In this document: positions 1 through 9,111 of the stretch, piece after piece
Layout of the letters: each line of letters begins with the position of its first letter
How positions within the stretch are numbered: the first letter of the stretch is position 1
DNA from: Alphaproteobacteria bacterium
GTDB taxonomy: Bacteria; Pseudomonadota; Alphaproteobacteria; UBA7887
Length of the DNA stretch: 64,000 nt
Assembly: GCA_965216755.1 (NCBI GenBank)
Contig: CBDCGL010000011.1
Coordinates: forward strand, 96,001 to 160,000
Direction: 5' to 3'
Made by a program: the position numbers and the translations under genes
Notes under the pieces: model-generated
The model's database searches: none
Told to the model about the DNA's origin: nothing
Seen by the model: only the letters and a program-made list of their open reading frames with translations

Positions 1-1
1 C

Positions 2-1969
2 GCGGACACCCTTGACCAATCCGATCCGCCCACAATTCACCAGGCGTTGTGCCGCCGGCAGATCGGGGCGTTCGAGGATGCGCTGCATTCCGGCGAGCCG
101 CTCTTGGTCGCTTGTACTCAGGAAGCGCCAGCGTTCACAACGGTGGCCGGACCAAGTGGGGCCGATAATCGCCTTCGCTTCGTGAACATACGAGAACGCG
201 CCGTCTGGAGCGATGATGCGAAGACGTCCGGGACACAAGCGAAGGTCGCGGCGTTGTTGGCGGACGCCGCGGTCGATGAAGCACCGACGCCGACGCTGGA
301 GCTGACCTCCACTGGTCGAACCTTGATCTATGGCGGCGGCCAAGTTGCTCTAGATGCGGCTGCGCAAGTTGCCGGGCGCCTTGCGAGCGTCGTCGTACTT
401 GCCGACGCCGAAGGGATCCCACCGCCGCGACGCCTTGCTGTTCCAATTTATCGCGGCACTATCGCGACCGTCAGCGGACATTTCGGAGCTTTCGAGGTCC
501 GCTTCGAAAGCTATGCACCGGCGGATCCCTCATCTCGACGTGATCTGCAGTTTGTCGAACCGGCCTACGCGAGTGAGAGCAGCTTCGACCTTATCATCGA
601 CTTGTCGGGTGGAGCGGCTCTGCTTTCGGCGCCTGAGAAACGCGAAGGGTATTTTCGAGCTGACCCGGCACGGCCGGGGGAGGTGCAAATCGCGTTGTTA
701 CAGGCAACGGATCTTGTCGGCACATTCGACAAGCCACGATATGTCGCGTTCAAGAAGTCTTTGTGCGCCCATAGCCGCAGCCACAAAGTCGGTTGTACCC
801 GCTGTGTTGATGTTTGTCCGGTAGGTGCGATCGCTTCAAACGGCGATGCTGTGGCCATTGACCCTCATGTGTGTGCGGGTTGTGGTCAGTGTGCGGCCGC
901 TTGTCCCACTGGCGCCGCGACCTATCAGCTGCCGCCATCGGATGCGACCTTCGTGCGCTTACGCGCGCTGTTCACAACACATCGCGCCGGTGGTGGTGAG
1001 GCGCCAATCCTTCTGTTTCATGACGGCGACCAAGGCGACGAAATGATCTGTGCCATCGGACGATTCGGTCGCGGCCTGCCGGCGCGCGTGTTGCCGTTCA
1101 GCCTGAATGCTGTGACGCAAGTCGGGCTCGATCTCTTGGCGGTCGGATTTGCCTTTGGCGCCGAATCCATCGCAATTCTTGGATCGCGGGTTGCGCCCGA
1201 AGAGCAAACCGCTACTAGTCAGCAGATTGCGTATATGCGGACAATTCTCTATCGGCTCGGCTATGGCGATGGACGCCTTGCCTGGATTGACGATGTCGAT
1301 CCCGACGCGGTCGAATCGCGGCTCTACGAATTGGCCTCACGGGACCGACCGATAATGGCACCGGCGACGTTTCTCGCTCTGGGTAGCAGAAGAGACCGTC
1401 TTTGGTTGGCGCTTGACCATCTTTATCAACATGCGCCGGCGCCAGTCGAACAGCTAGATCTTCCCTTGGGCGCGCCCTTCGGTTCGATCAATGTACAGGC
1501 CGACGGCTGTACCCTTTGCTTGGCTTGCGTGAGCGCTTGCCCCACCGGCGCCATAACAGACAACCCGGAACGGCCCCGGCTGAGTTTCCGTGAGGATGCG
1601 TGTGTGCAATGCGGGTTATGTCGGAACACGTGCCCCGAGGCGGTGATCTCTTTGGAGCCGAGATTGGATTTTACGGCGGAAGCGAAGCGCAGCCGGGTCT
1701 TGCATGAAGAGCCACCGTTTGAGTGTATTCGCTGCGGCAAGCCTTTTGGCGTCGCATCCACAATCGAGCGCATGTTGGTGCGATTGCGCGACCATCCGAT
1801 GTTTTCCGAAACTGCTGGCGCACTCGAGCGGATCAAGATGTGTGAGGATTGCCGAGTCGTCGTGCAGTTTGAAGCCGCTGCGCCCATGGCCACGCGGCCG
1901 CGACCACGGCCGCGAACAACCGATGATTACCGCGACGAGGATTCAGGCGGCAACGAGCCGGGATGTTGA
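2..1969 (+). CDS. multi-[4Fe-4S] ferredoxin-like protein of the type found in alphaproteobacterial formate dehydrogenase accessory clusters (5' truncated by window edge)
   Basis: Frame is open from base 2; several CxxCxxCxxxCP motifs (CTRCVDVCP, CAGCGQCAAACP, CTLCLACVSACP, CVQCGLCRNTCP) plus CIRC...CEDC; N-terminal ACTQE and VNIRE motifs. Confidence 0.8.
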   Translation, partial: ADTLDQSDPPTIHQALCRRQIGAFEDALHSGEPLLVACTQEAPAFTTVAGPSGADNRLRFVNIRERAVWSDDAKTSGTQAKVAALLADAAVDEAPTPTLELTSTGRTLIYGGGQVALDAAAQVAGRLASVVVLADAEGIPPPRRLAVPIYRGTIATVSGHFGAFEVRFESYAPADPSSRRDLQFVEPAYASESSFDLIIDLSGGAALLSAPEKREGYFRADPARPGEVQIALLQATDLVGTFDKPRYVAFKKSLCAHSRSHKVGCTRCVDVCPVGAIASNGDAVAIDPHVCAGCGQCAAACPTGAATYQLPPSDATFVRLRALFTTHRAGGGEAPILLFHDGDQGDEMICAIGRFGRGLPARVLPFSLNAVTQVGLDLLAVGFAFGAESIAILGSRVAPEEQTATSQQIAYMRTILYRLGYGDGRLAWIDDVDPDAVESRLYELASRDRPIMAPATFLALGSRRDRLWLALDHLYQHAPAPVEQLDLPLGAPFGSINVQADGCTLCLACVSACPTGAITDNPERPRLSFREDACVQCGLCRNTCPEAVISLEPRLDFTAEAKRSRVLHEEPPFECIRCGKPFGVASTIERMLVRLRDHPMFSETAGALERIKMCEDCRVVVQFEAAAPMATRPRPRPRTTDDYRDEDSGGNEPGC

Positions 1970-2268
1970 TTTCGGCACATGGCCTCGGCGCGCGAACGGA
2001 AAAGGTTGATCTGGGTCTCTGTGGCGACGTTCTCTTTGATCATGTTGTCGATGACCGCGTAGCGCGCCGCCAAGCACGTGGCGAGGGGGCTGTCGGCCGT
2101 CGTGGTTACCGCGTCATCGGAAAACAGCACCGCAATGTCGTTCCGGTGATAGATGGCCAGCAGCAACAAGCAAAACGCGAATACGGCCCATGCGCCGGCG
2201 CGCGCGGCGACGCCGTCTATGGGCTCATCCTTTTCCGGATCCGGCCGTGTCGTCGTATGTTTCGGCAT
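1927..2268 (-). CDS. hypothetical membrane-anchored protein with a Cys pair
   Basis: One hydrophobic segment (AWAVFAFCLLLLAIY) followed by a helical domain bracketed by two Cys; overlaps the 3' end of the ferredoxin gene. Confidence 0.55.
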   Translation of the reverse strand: MPKHTTTRPDPEKDEPIDGVAARAGAWAVFAFCLLLLAIYHRNDIAVLFSDDAVTTTADSPLATCLAARYAVIDNMIKENVATETQINLFRSRAEAMCRNQHPGSLPPESSSR

Positions 2269-2350
2269 GATGTCAACTGCGTAGCGAATCCGCCCCGTAA
2301 CAGGAAGAAACTGGTCCTGGGGTTGCTATTGCGATAGTCTAGCCGCCAGG

Positions 2351-2845
2351 ATGAAGTTACTGATTTACATATTGTTCGCTTCGATCGTCATTGTGGCGAC
2401 CGGTGTCGCGGCTGATGAGGGTTTCGACCCCTGGCAGGCGGTTCGCAACGGCGAGTTCGACCGTGTCTACGCACGTTACGTGCCTCTCGCTGAGGATGGC
2501 AACACTGATGCTCAGCTTTTTCTCGGCAACGTCGCGTCGTTCCGCAATCAAGATGATGAAGCGGTCGAATGGTATCGCCGTGCCGCCGACGGCGGTGACG
2601 CGCAAGCGATGGCGCTCTTGGCAACGTCGTACATGCAAGGCAAGGGCGTCCAACGTGATCCACTGAAAGCCTACGCGTGGTATGCGTTGGCCTCCGAAGC
2701 GGGACATCCGAACGCAGACCGCGCGCGCGATGCCATCGCGACTCAGATGTCCGAGGGGCAGGTAGCCGAAGCCTCGGAATTGGCGGACCAGTGGCGCCTC
2801 AACGGCGTGCCACAAGCGGAAGCTGCCGACGCCGGCCCCGAATAG
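2351..2845 (+). CDS. secreted Sel1-like repeat protein
   Basis: Signal peptide; AQLFLG, AVEWYRRAADGGDAQAMALLA and GKGVQRDPLKAYAWY Sel1 signatures. Confidence 0.85.
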   Translation: MKLLIYILFASIVIVATGVAADEGFDPWQAVRNGEFDRVYARYVPLAEDGNTDAQLFLGNVASFRNQDDEAVEWYRRAADGGDAQAMALLATSYMQGKGVQRDPLKAYAWYALASEAGHPNADRARDAIATQMSEGQVAEASELADQWRLNGVPQAEAADAGPE

Positions 2846-2899
2846 GCACCAGCCTGGCACGGTTATGCGTCTGGACTGCGTTCGCAAAGGCGCTGCAAA

Positions 2900-3424
2900 A
2901 TGGATAGCCGGGTTGCGCTCCTGCGCGGCGACATCACGAAACTGGAGGTCGACATTGTCGTCAATGCGGCCAACGTGTCGCTAATGCCGGGCGGCGGCGT
3001 CGACGGTGCCATTCGACGTGCGGCGGGGGAAGGCCTAAATGATGCTTGTCGCAAGATCGGCGGCTGTCCAACCGGTTCGGCGCGAATTACGGACGGCTAT
3101 GGCCTGTCGGCGAAGTGGGTCATCCATACGGTCGGGCCCATTTGGCAGGGCGGTTGCAGTGGTGAGCCGGATCTGTTGGCGGGATGCTATCGCACGAGCC
3201 TGACACTGGCTTCGTCAGCCGGCGCGGCGAGTATCGCGTTTCCGGCTATATCAACCGGTATTTACGGATTCCCGCGTGATCGGGCCGCAAGCATCGCGAT
3301 TCGTGCCTGTGACCAATTTTTGGCCGGTGACGAGCTGCTCGAACAGGTCATACTTGTCAGTTTCACGGATAACGACCAACAGTTCTTGACACGCGCAATG
3401 ACCATCTATGACACAGCCGAGTAA
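2900..3424 (+). CDS. ymdB: macrodomain O-acetyl-ADP-ribose deacetylase
   Basis: GDIT, VNAAN, GGGVDGAI, VIHTVGP and AFPAISTGIYGFP macrodomain motifs. Confidence 0.9.
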   Translation: MDSRVALLRGDITKLEVDIVVNAANVSLMPGGGVDGAIRRAAGEGLNDACRKIGGCPTGSARITDGYGLSAKWVIHTVGPIWQGGCSGEPDLLAGCYRTSLTLASSAGAASIAFPAISTGIYGFPRDRAASIAIRACDQFLAGDELLEQVILVSFTDNDQQFLTRAMTIYDTAE

Positions 3425-4034
3425 GGGGCGGAACGACGACGTTGATGTTGCGGCACGGCGCGTCCTTTCCGACGGTTTTTTCCGACTTTTTGGGTTCACA
3501 CTACGTTATCGCCGGTTCGATGGTCGCTGGAGCCGACATATCGAGCGCGAAGTGCTGCACCGTGGCGACACAACGGGGGTTCTTCTTTACGATCCCAATC
3601 GCGATTCTGTTGTACTTGTTGAGCAATTCCGCGCTGCTGCACTTGTTCACCCGATCCGACCGTGGTTGATCGAGGTCGTCGCTGGAATTATTGACGATGG
3701 TGAGGAAGCGGCCGAAGTCGCACGGCGCGAAGCTCTGGAAGAAGCCGGGATCAAGATCGATCGTTTGTTGCCGATTTGCCGTACATTCTTAAGTCCCGGT
3801 GGGTTGACGGAACGCATCAATTTGTTCTGCGGGCTTGTGGACTCCGACGACGCTGGTGGAACCCATGGTCTGGAGCATGAGGGTGAGGATACCAGGCCGA
3901 TCGTCATGGCATTTGATGAGGCCGTGCATGAAATCGGCAGAACGATCGTAACGGCCCCGGCCATCATATGCCTCCAGTGGTTGTCGGCTCGGCGCGTGGC
4001 GCTGCGCGATGAAGGTGGTCCACGAAACGGCTGA
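3408..4034 (+). CDS. nudF: ADP-ribose pyrophosphatase (Nudix)
   Basis: Nudix box GIIDDGEEAAEVARREALEEAG; EQFR, SPGG and GLEHEGED motifs of NudF. Confidence 0.85.
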   Translation: MTQPSKGRNDDVDVAARRVLSDGFFRLFGFTLRYRRFDGRWSRHIEREVLHRGDTTGVLLYDPNRDSVVLVEQFRAAALVHPIRPWLIEVVAGIIDDGEEAAEVARREALEEAGIKIDRLLPICRTFLSPGGLTERINLFCGLVDSDDAGGTHGLEHEGEDTRPIVMAFDEAVHEIGRTIVTAPAIICLQWLSARRVALRDEGGPRNG

Positions 4035-4049
4035 AAACGGTAATTCGAA

Positions 4050-4400
4050 ATGAGTCAGGTTCGTTCAGCACTATTCGTCTATGTGACTGTTGGCGATGTC
4101 GCGGAAGCCCAACGATTGGGACGGGCGGCCGTCGAGCGAAGGTTGGCCGCCTGCGCCAATATCATCGCTCCAATGCAATCGATTTATCGCTGGCAAGGCA
4201 CGATCGAGCAATCAAACGAAGTGGTTGTTGTCTTCAAGACAACTGAGGTGCGCTGGCCCGCGCTCAAAGCGTGTCTGACCGAGCTTCACCCTTACGACTG
4301 TCCGTGCATCGTGGCGTTGCCGGTCGCTGACGGTCACCACCCTTTCCTGGATTGGATCGGTTCGGAAACCAGCGGCGGTCCGTGTAGTCCGGAAAGCTGA
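4050..4400 (+). CDS. cutA: divalent-cation tolerance protein CutA
   Basis: LAACANI, SIYRWQG and HPYDCPCI motifs. Confidence 0.9.
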   Translation: MSQVRSALFVYVTVGDVAEAQRLGRAAVERRLAACANIIAPMQSIYRWQGTIEQSNEVVVVFKTTEVRWPALKACLTELHPYDCPCIVALPVADGHHPFLDWIGSETSGGPCSPES

Positions 4401-4554
4401 TCAAGCCTGCGACTAATTGTTGTCGCCAAATACACGAATCATCATTTATTGACAAAAATTTATTAAATATTGATTTTTTATAGATAATCGGCTAGTACGT
4501 CACCCAAAAAAACCACAATCTAGGCGGGAAAACTCCCGAAGAAGGAGCGCTATA

Positions 4555-5198
4555 ATGGGCATAAACTTCAATAATTCATTATGTATAGTTGTGCTTTGTG
4601 CGGCTGGGATCATGGCCTCGGGCTGCGCTACCGAGGTGCGGGGCACGACCGAAACTGTTGATGTCAAGACCGATCCAGTTGGCGCGACATGTGAATTCAT
4701 GCGCGGCGGTGAAGTGCTCGGCTCTTTGGTCTCGACGCCCGGCAAATATGAGCTCCGGCGTCACAATGAGCCGGTCCGAGTGACGTGCAGCCTGGAAGGC
4801 TACACGCCAAAGACCAAAACGCTGAATTCTGAGTTCGCGGGGGCGACGTTTGGCAATATTTTGTTGGGCGGCGTGATTGGCGTCGTCGTTGACGCGGCAT
4901 CTGGTGCGAACAACGAGTATCCTGACGAGGTCGATATGATGCTGGTGCCGGCGTCTTCACGTCCGAAGCGAATCGCGATGCCTTCTTTACCCGCTATCGA
5001 GACTACATGGTCGAGAAATATAGCACGGCAATTGCCGAGGCCAATGAGCCTTGTCGTTCCGAAACCCGGACACGTCAGGAAAGCAAGGGCGTTTGCACAA
5101 ACAACGAAAAACTGCTGCTGGAAAAACGAGACGCGGAACTGCAGGCAATTGAATTGCAGCGTACCCAGGCCGAAATCGCACTCCACGATGCGCGTTAG
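4555..5198 (+). pseudogene. lipoprotein gene with an apparent single-base frameshift near 4950 (pseudogene or sequencing error)
   Basis: Lipobox ASG|C; GNILLGGVIGVVVDAASGA glycine-zipper; after VP the -1 frame reads GVFTSEANRDAFFTRYRDY and runs into ORF 5007..5198. Confidence 0.6.
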
Positions 5199-5242
5199 GG
5201 TGCAAATGAGCGCGTCCACGTTTTTGTAATCGCTGTTCGACA

Positions 5243-5275
5243 AGAAAAATGGCGCCGGCAATTGCTGCCGGCGCC
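5243..5275 (-). terminator. intrinsic terminator downstream of metY
   Basis: Perfect 10-bp stem ggcgccggca/tgccggcgcc with a 5-nt loop, followed by ATTTTT on the minus strand. Confidence 0.8.
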
Positions 5276-5300
5276 GCTGTGTCTATCTGCTGATCATCGG

Positions 5301-6623
5301 CTAGATTTGGGCCAGCGCCTGATCCAAGTCATAGATGATATCGTCGACGCTTTCGATGCCGACCGATAGGCGCACCACGTCTGGGCCAGCACCAGCTGCC
5401 TCAAGTTGTTCCTCAGTCAGCTGACGATGAGTGGTTGATGCTGGGTGAATGATCAAGCTACGCGTGTCCCCGATATTGGCGAGATGCGAGAACATTTCGA
5501 CTGCATCCACCACTTTCACGCCGGCATCGAAGCCGCCCTTTACCCCGAAGGTGAAGACCGAACCGGCACCCTTCGGCAGATATTTCTGAGCTAATTGGTA
5601 GTAGGGACTCGATTTGAGGCCCGAATACGAGACCCAAGAAACTTTCGGATGTCCCTGCAAATATTCGGCAACTGTCAGCGCATTCGCGCAATGGCGCTCC
5701 ATGCGCAGCGGCAAAGTCTCGACGCCCTGCAAGAGATTCCACGCGGCCTGGGGCGCCATGGTCGGGCCATAGTCGCGCAACGCCACCGCGCGGACTTTCA
5801 TGGTGAAACCAAAATCGCCGAACGTCTCGGCAAAGGTCAATCCGTGATATGCAGGATCAGGCTGACCGAGCAGTGGAAATTTATCATTTTGCTGCCAGTC
5901 GAACTTGCCCGACTCGACAACGACTCCGCCCATCGTGTTGCCATGGCCGCCAATAAACTTGGTTGTTGAGTGCACGACAATGTCAGCACCCCAATCGAAC
6001 GGCCGGCACAACGCGGGCGAGGCAAGCGTGTTATCCACGACCAACGGTATGCCGTATTTGTTGGCGATCGCTGCGATTGCCTCCAAATCAAGCACAATGC
6101 CGCCAGGATTGGCGAGACCTTCGCAGAATATGAACTTGACGCGGTCGGTCATGGCGGCTTCGAAGTTTGCCGGGTCGGTCGGGTCTACAAAATGGCACTT
6201 CCAGCCAATCCGTTTGAAGCTCACACCAAATTGCGTGACTGATCCGCCGTACAGATTGCGCGAGGAGATGAACTCGTCACCTTCTTGCAGCAACGTGGCG
6301 GCGACCAAAAACTGGGCAGCGTGTCCACTCGCCGCCGCAACCGCGCCGCGACCGCCTTCGAGCGCAGCCACGCGCTCCTCGAACACCGATACCGTCGGAT
6401 TGGTCATCCGCGAATAGACGTACCCGAAAGTCTGTAGATTAAAGAGTTCGGCCGCGTGTTCAGCGTCGTTGAAGACAAAGGAAGTCGTTTGATAAATCGG
6501 TGTCGACCGGGCGCCGGTTACCGGATCTGGTCGCGCGCCAGCGTGAACCGCCAGAGTTTCCATTCCGTAGTCGCGCGGGGCATCCGCATCATCATTGGCA
6601 AGGTCGAATGCTGGATCGCTCAT
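5301..6623 (-). CDS. metY: O-acetylhomoserine aminocarboxypropyltransferase (sulfhydrylase)
   Basis: PIYQTTSF, YSRMTNPT, PLP-lysine motif HSTTKFIGGHG, HLANIGD, HPASTTH; start placed at the ATGA overlap with the upstream gene. Confidence 0.92.
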   Translation of the reverse strand: MSDPAFDLANDDADAPRDYGMETLAVHAGARPDPVTGARSTPIYQTTSFVFNDAEHAAELFNLQTFGYVYSRMTNPTVSVFEERVAALEGGRGAVAAASGHAAQFLVAATLLQEGDEFISSRNLYGGSVTQFGVSFKRIGWKCHFVDPTDPANFEAAMTDRVKFIFCEGLANPGGIVLDLEAIAAIANKYGIPLVVDNTLASPALCRPFDWGADIVVHSTTKFIGGHGNTMGGVVVESGKFDWQQNDKFPLLGQPDPAYHGLTFAETFGDFGFTMKVRAVALRDYGPTMAPQAAWNLLQGVETLPLRMERHCANALTVAEYLQGHPKVSWVSYSGLKSSPYYQLAQKYLPKGAGSVFTFGVKGGFDAGVKVVDAVEMFSHLANIGDTRSLIIHPASTTHRQLTEEQLEAAGAGPDVVRLSVGIESVDDIIYDLDQALAQI

Positions 6624-7171
6624 GCTTTGGGTGACCTCAGGCTTTTCGCGGAGACAATCCGCGAGTTGATTCCACACCAGCTCAGTTCGCCCGACAGGCG
6701 CCCGAACTCAATCTTTGGGCATCGGTTCATGATCACAGTCAGGCCGGCTTCTTCAGCCAGCTCGGCAGCCTTGTCGTTGCGCACGCCCAATTGCATCCAC
6801 AGGATCTTGATGCCTTTTTCGTTCTTGTTGGCGATCACGTCTTTGGTAATCTCGTAGGCTTCCTCCGACGTGCGAAAGATATCGACCATATCAAGCCGGT
6901 CAGGAACGTCGGCGATGCTGCCATAGACCCGCTCGCCCAGGATTGTCTCGCCGGCGCGCGCCGGATTAACCGGGATGATCCGAAATCCCTTATGTTGCAG
7001 ATACTTCATGGCGTAATAGCTCGGCCGTCGCCACAAAGTGCTGGCACCGACCATGGCGAATGTTCGCACCATGCGCAGAATGCCGCGCAGTTTCTTGTCG
7101 GAATAGTTGTTATGCCGCTCCAGATAGATCAGCGAGTTATCCGGTGCGGCTTGTGCGGCTGGCTGCGCCAT
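6620..7171 (-). CDS. CoA-binding protein (YccU family), copy 1
   Basis: AMVGAS, RPSY, IPVNP, DMVDIFR, WMQLG and MNRCPKIE motifs. Confidence 0.9.
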   Translation of the reverse strand: MAQPAAQAAPDNSLIYLERHNNYSDKKLRGILRMVRTFAMVGASTLWRRPSYYAMKYLQHKGFRIIPVNPARAGETILGERVYGSIADVPDRLDMVDIFRTSEEAYEITKDVIANKNEKGIKILWMQLGVRNDKAAELAEEAGLTVIMNRCPKIEFGRLSGELSWCGINSRIVSAKSLRSPKA

Positions 7172-7290
7172 ATCGCTAAACCCTCATTCCCAATTCCAAT
7201 TTGTGGGGCGACTGCCCGACAAAAGACGGTACAAATCTAAACGCGAAGCGCGTCTGGCACGCCCCGACCGCCAACAGCAGTCGCGGACTC

Positions 7291-7764
7291 CTAGGCTGCG
7301 GTGGTATCAGTGTCAAGTTGAGCAGCCGTCGGACTGCCGCCAAACAACCTAAAATGCTCTTTTTTTGGACATCGATCCATGACCACGGACAGGCCTGCCG
7401 CCGTTGCCCTTACCGCCGCCGCATCGTCACGGACACCTTCCTGCATCCAAATCACCCGAGCGCCGACGGCAATAGCCTCATCGACAATCGCGCCGGCCGC
7501 CTGGGGCTTGCGAAATATGCTGACCATGTCGATCGGCGCTTCAATCTCGGCAAGATTTCCAACAACGTCGCGTCCAAGGATTTCCCGGCCAACTTCATTC
7601 GGATTGACGGGATAGATCGTATAGCCCATCGATTGAAGATATTGCATGGTGTAGCAACTGGGACGTTCCCAGTCAGGACTGGCGCCAACGATGGCAATAT
7701 TGTGGACGCTTTCCAACACGCCACGCAAATGGGCGTCAGGATATGTCAACGACGTCTCGCGCAT
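7291..7764 (-). CDS. CoA-binding protein (YccU family), copy 2
   Basis: AIVGAS, RPS, YPVNP, DMVSIFR, WMQEG and MDRCPKKE motifs; start uncertain (7764 or 7773). Confidence 0.88.
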   Translation of the reverse strand: MRETSLTYPDAHLRGVLESVHNIAIVGASPDWERPSCYTMQYLQSMGYTIYPVNPNEVGREILGRDVVGNLAEIEAPIDMVSIFRKPQAAGAIVDEAIAVGARVIWMQEGVRDDAAAVRATAAGLSVVMDRCPKKEHFRLFGGSPTAAQLDTDTTAA

Positions 7765-7787
7765 GGTCGTCACCGATGGGCTTGTTG

Positions 7788-8594
7788 TTATGCCCCTTCC
7801 CAACGCGGTTTGCGTTTTTGCAGGAACGCTTCAATGCCTTCAGCCGCGTCGCGCGCCAACATGTTGTCAGTCATCACCTGGCTGGTATAGGCGTAAGCAT
7901 CCTCTAATGGAAGTTCGACCTGACGGTAAAAGGCCTCTTTGCCGATGGCGACCGTCAATGGTGACTTTTCCGCAATCTTGCGGGCAAGTTCCACAACCGT
8001 CGCGTCCAGCAGGTCCGGCGCGACAATGCGATTGATCAGTCCAAAGGAACGGGCACTCTCCGCATCGACCAGCTCACCCGTCAGCAACATCTCCATTGCG
8101 GCCTTGCGGCCAACCGCGCGGCTGAGCGCGACCATGGGCGTTGAACAGAACAGGCCGATGTTGACGCCCGGCGTTGCGAAGCGGGCGTCGCTGGCTGCAA
8201 CCGCAAGATCGCAAGTGGCCACCAACTGGCATCCAGCCGCGGTGGCAATACCGTGCACCGCCGCAATCACGGGTTTGGGCAAATGGGTCAGCGTAACCAT
8301 GAGACGGCTGCACTGCTGAAACAGGGCCTCGTAAATCTCGCGGCCGGTTTCGGCGCGCATTTCCTTCAGGTCATGGCCCGCGCAAAATGCCGGCCCGGCA
8401 CCGCGAATAACCACAACTTTGACCGATGGATCGTCGCGAATCGCATCCAATTCATCTTGAAACGCCAACATCAGTGCGCGTGATAGGGCATTGCGAGCAG
8501 CCGGTCGGTTGAGTGTAAGGGTCGCGATTCCGTCCGCATCATCGCGCAAGCAAAGGGTCTCAGTCTGGTCCAAAGTCGCATTCGTGACGGCCAT
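7788..8594 (-). CDS. enoyl-CoA hydratase/crotonase family protein
   Basis: LNRP..RNAL, FCAGHDL, AAGCQLVA and FATPGVNIGLFCSTP motifs. Confidence 0.9.
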   Translation of the reverse strand: MAVTNATLDQTETLCLRDDADGIATLTLNRPAARNALSRALMLAFQDELDAIRDDPSVKVVVIRGAGPAFCAGHDLKEMRAETGREIYEALFQQCSRLMVTLTHLPKPVIAAVHGIATAAGCQLVATCDLAVAASDARFATPGVNIGLFCSTPMVALSRAVGRKAAMEMLLTGELVDAESARSFGLINRIVAPDLLDATVVELARKIAEKSPLTVAIGKEAFYRQVELPLEDAYAYTSQVMTDNMLARDAAEGIEAFLQKRKPRWEGA

Positions 8595-8700
8595 CACAAG
8601 TCTCCAAGATCGAGGTCGCTACATTGAGATTAACTCAATCAGTCAATTTGCGGAACGACGCTGGGTGTTGCGCGACGACCGATTAGATTGGCCCAAGGTG

Positions 8701-8725
8701 TTAAGACATCTTAACGGATAATTAG
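8701..8725. promoter_or_regulatory. candidate CtrA-type binding site upstream of the Flp pilin gene
   Basis: TTAA-N7-TTAG at 8711-8725 (one mismatch to TTAA-N7-TTAA) preceded by another TTAA at 8701. Confidence 0.4.
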
Positions 8726-8773
8726 AGGGCCGCTGGTTCAATCTAGGGCCCTCGGAATTATCGGCGTCGGTGA

Positions 8774-8950
8774 ATGATGCAGCATTTTCGAAAGCTATGG
8801 CGAGCTCGATCTGCGACGACCGCCATCGAGTACGCGCTGATTGCATCCCTTGTCGTTGTTGCAATCATTGCGAGCGTGTCCACCCTCGGTACCGGCGTGC
8901 AAACTTTGCATCAGGGCGTCGCAGACGACGTCAGTACCGCTGCGCAATAG
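8774..8950 (+). CDS. flp: Flp family type IVb (Tad) pilin, 58 aa, below the ORF-track cutoff
   Basis: Manual translation MMQHFRKLWRARSATTAIEYALIASLVVVAIIASVSTLGTGVQTLHQGVADDVSTAAQ: basic leader, TAIEY Flp motif, hydrophobic helix. Confidence 0.85.
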   Translation: MMQHFRKLWRARSATTAIEYALIASLVVVAIIASVSTLGTGVQTLHQGVADDVSTAAQ

Positions 8951-9010
8951 CACTGACCCGGTATTATAATACCATCTCGATAACTTGCTAAAATATATCT
9001 TTTTTTCGCG

Positions 9011-9038
9011 TTGACAGCCAAAGGCGACTGCGCATACT
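9011..9038 (+). promoter_or_regulatory. sigma70-type promoter of rplM-rpsI
   Basis: TTGACA-N16-CATACT preceded by an AT-rich UP-like tract. Confidence 0.55.
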
Positions 9039-9111
9039 GCGTCGTTCTTCAGCATGGCCATTCGCGCGTTGCGGCAACCTGCCGCGGCGCCGCCGCAAGA
9101 GACCGCGCAGC

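Noticed and set aside
2854-2869. TGGCACGGTTATGC as a sigma54 promoter for ymdB
   Set aside because: GG and GC are 9 nt apart, not the required 10
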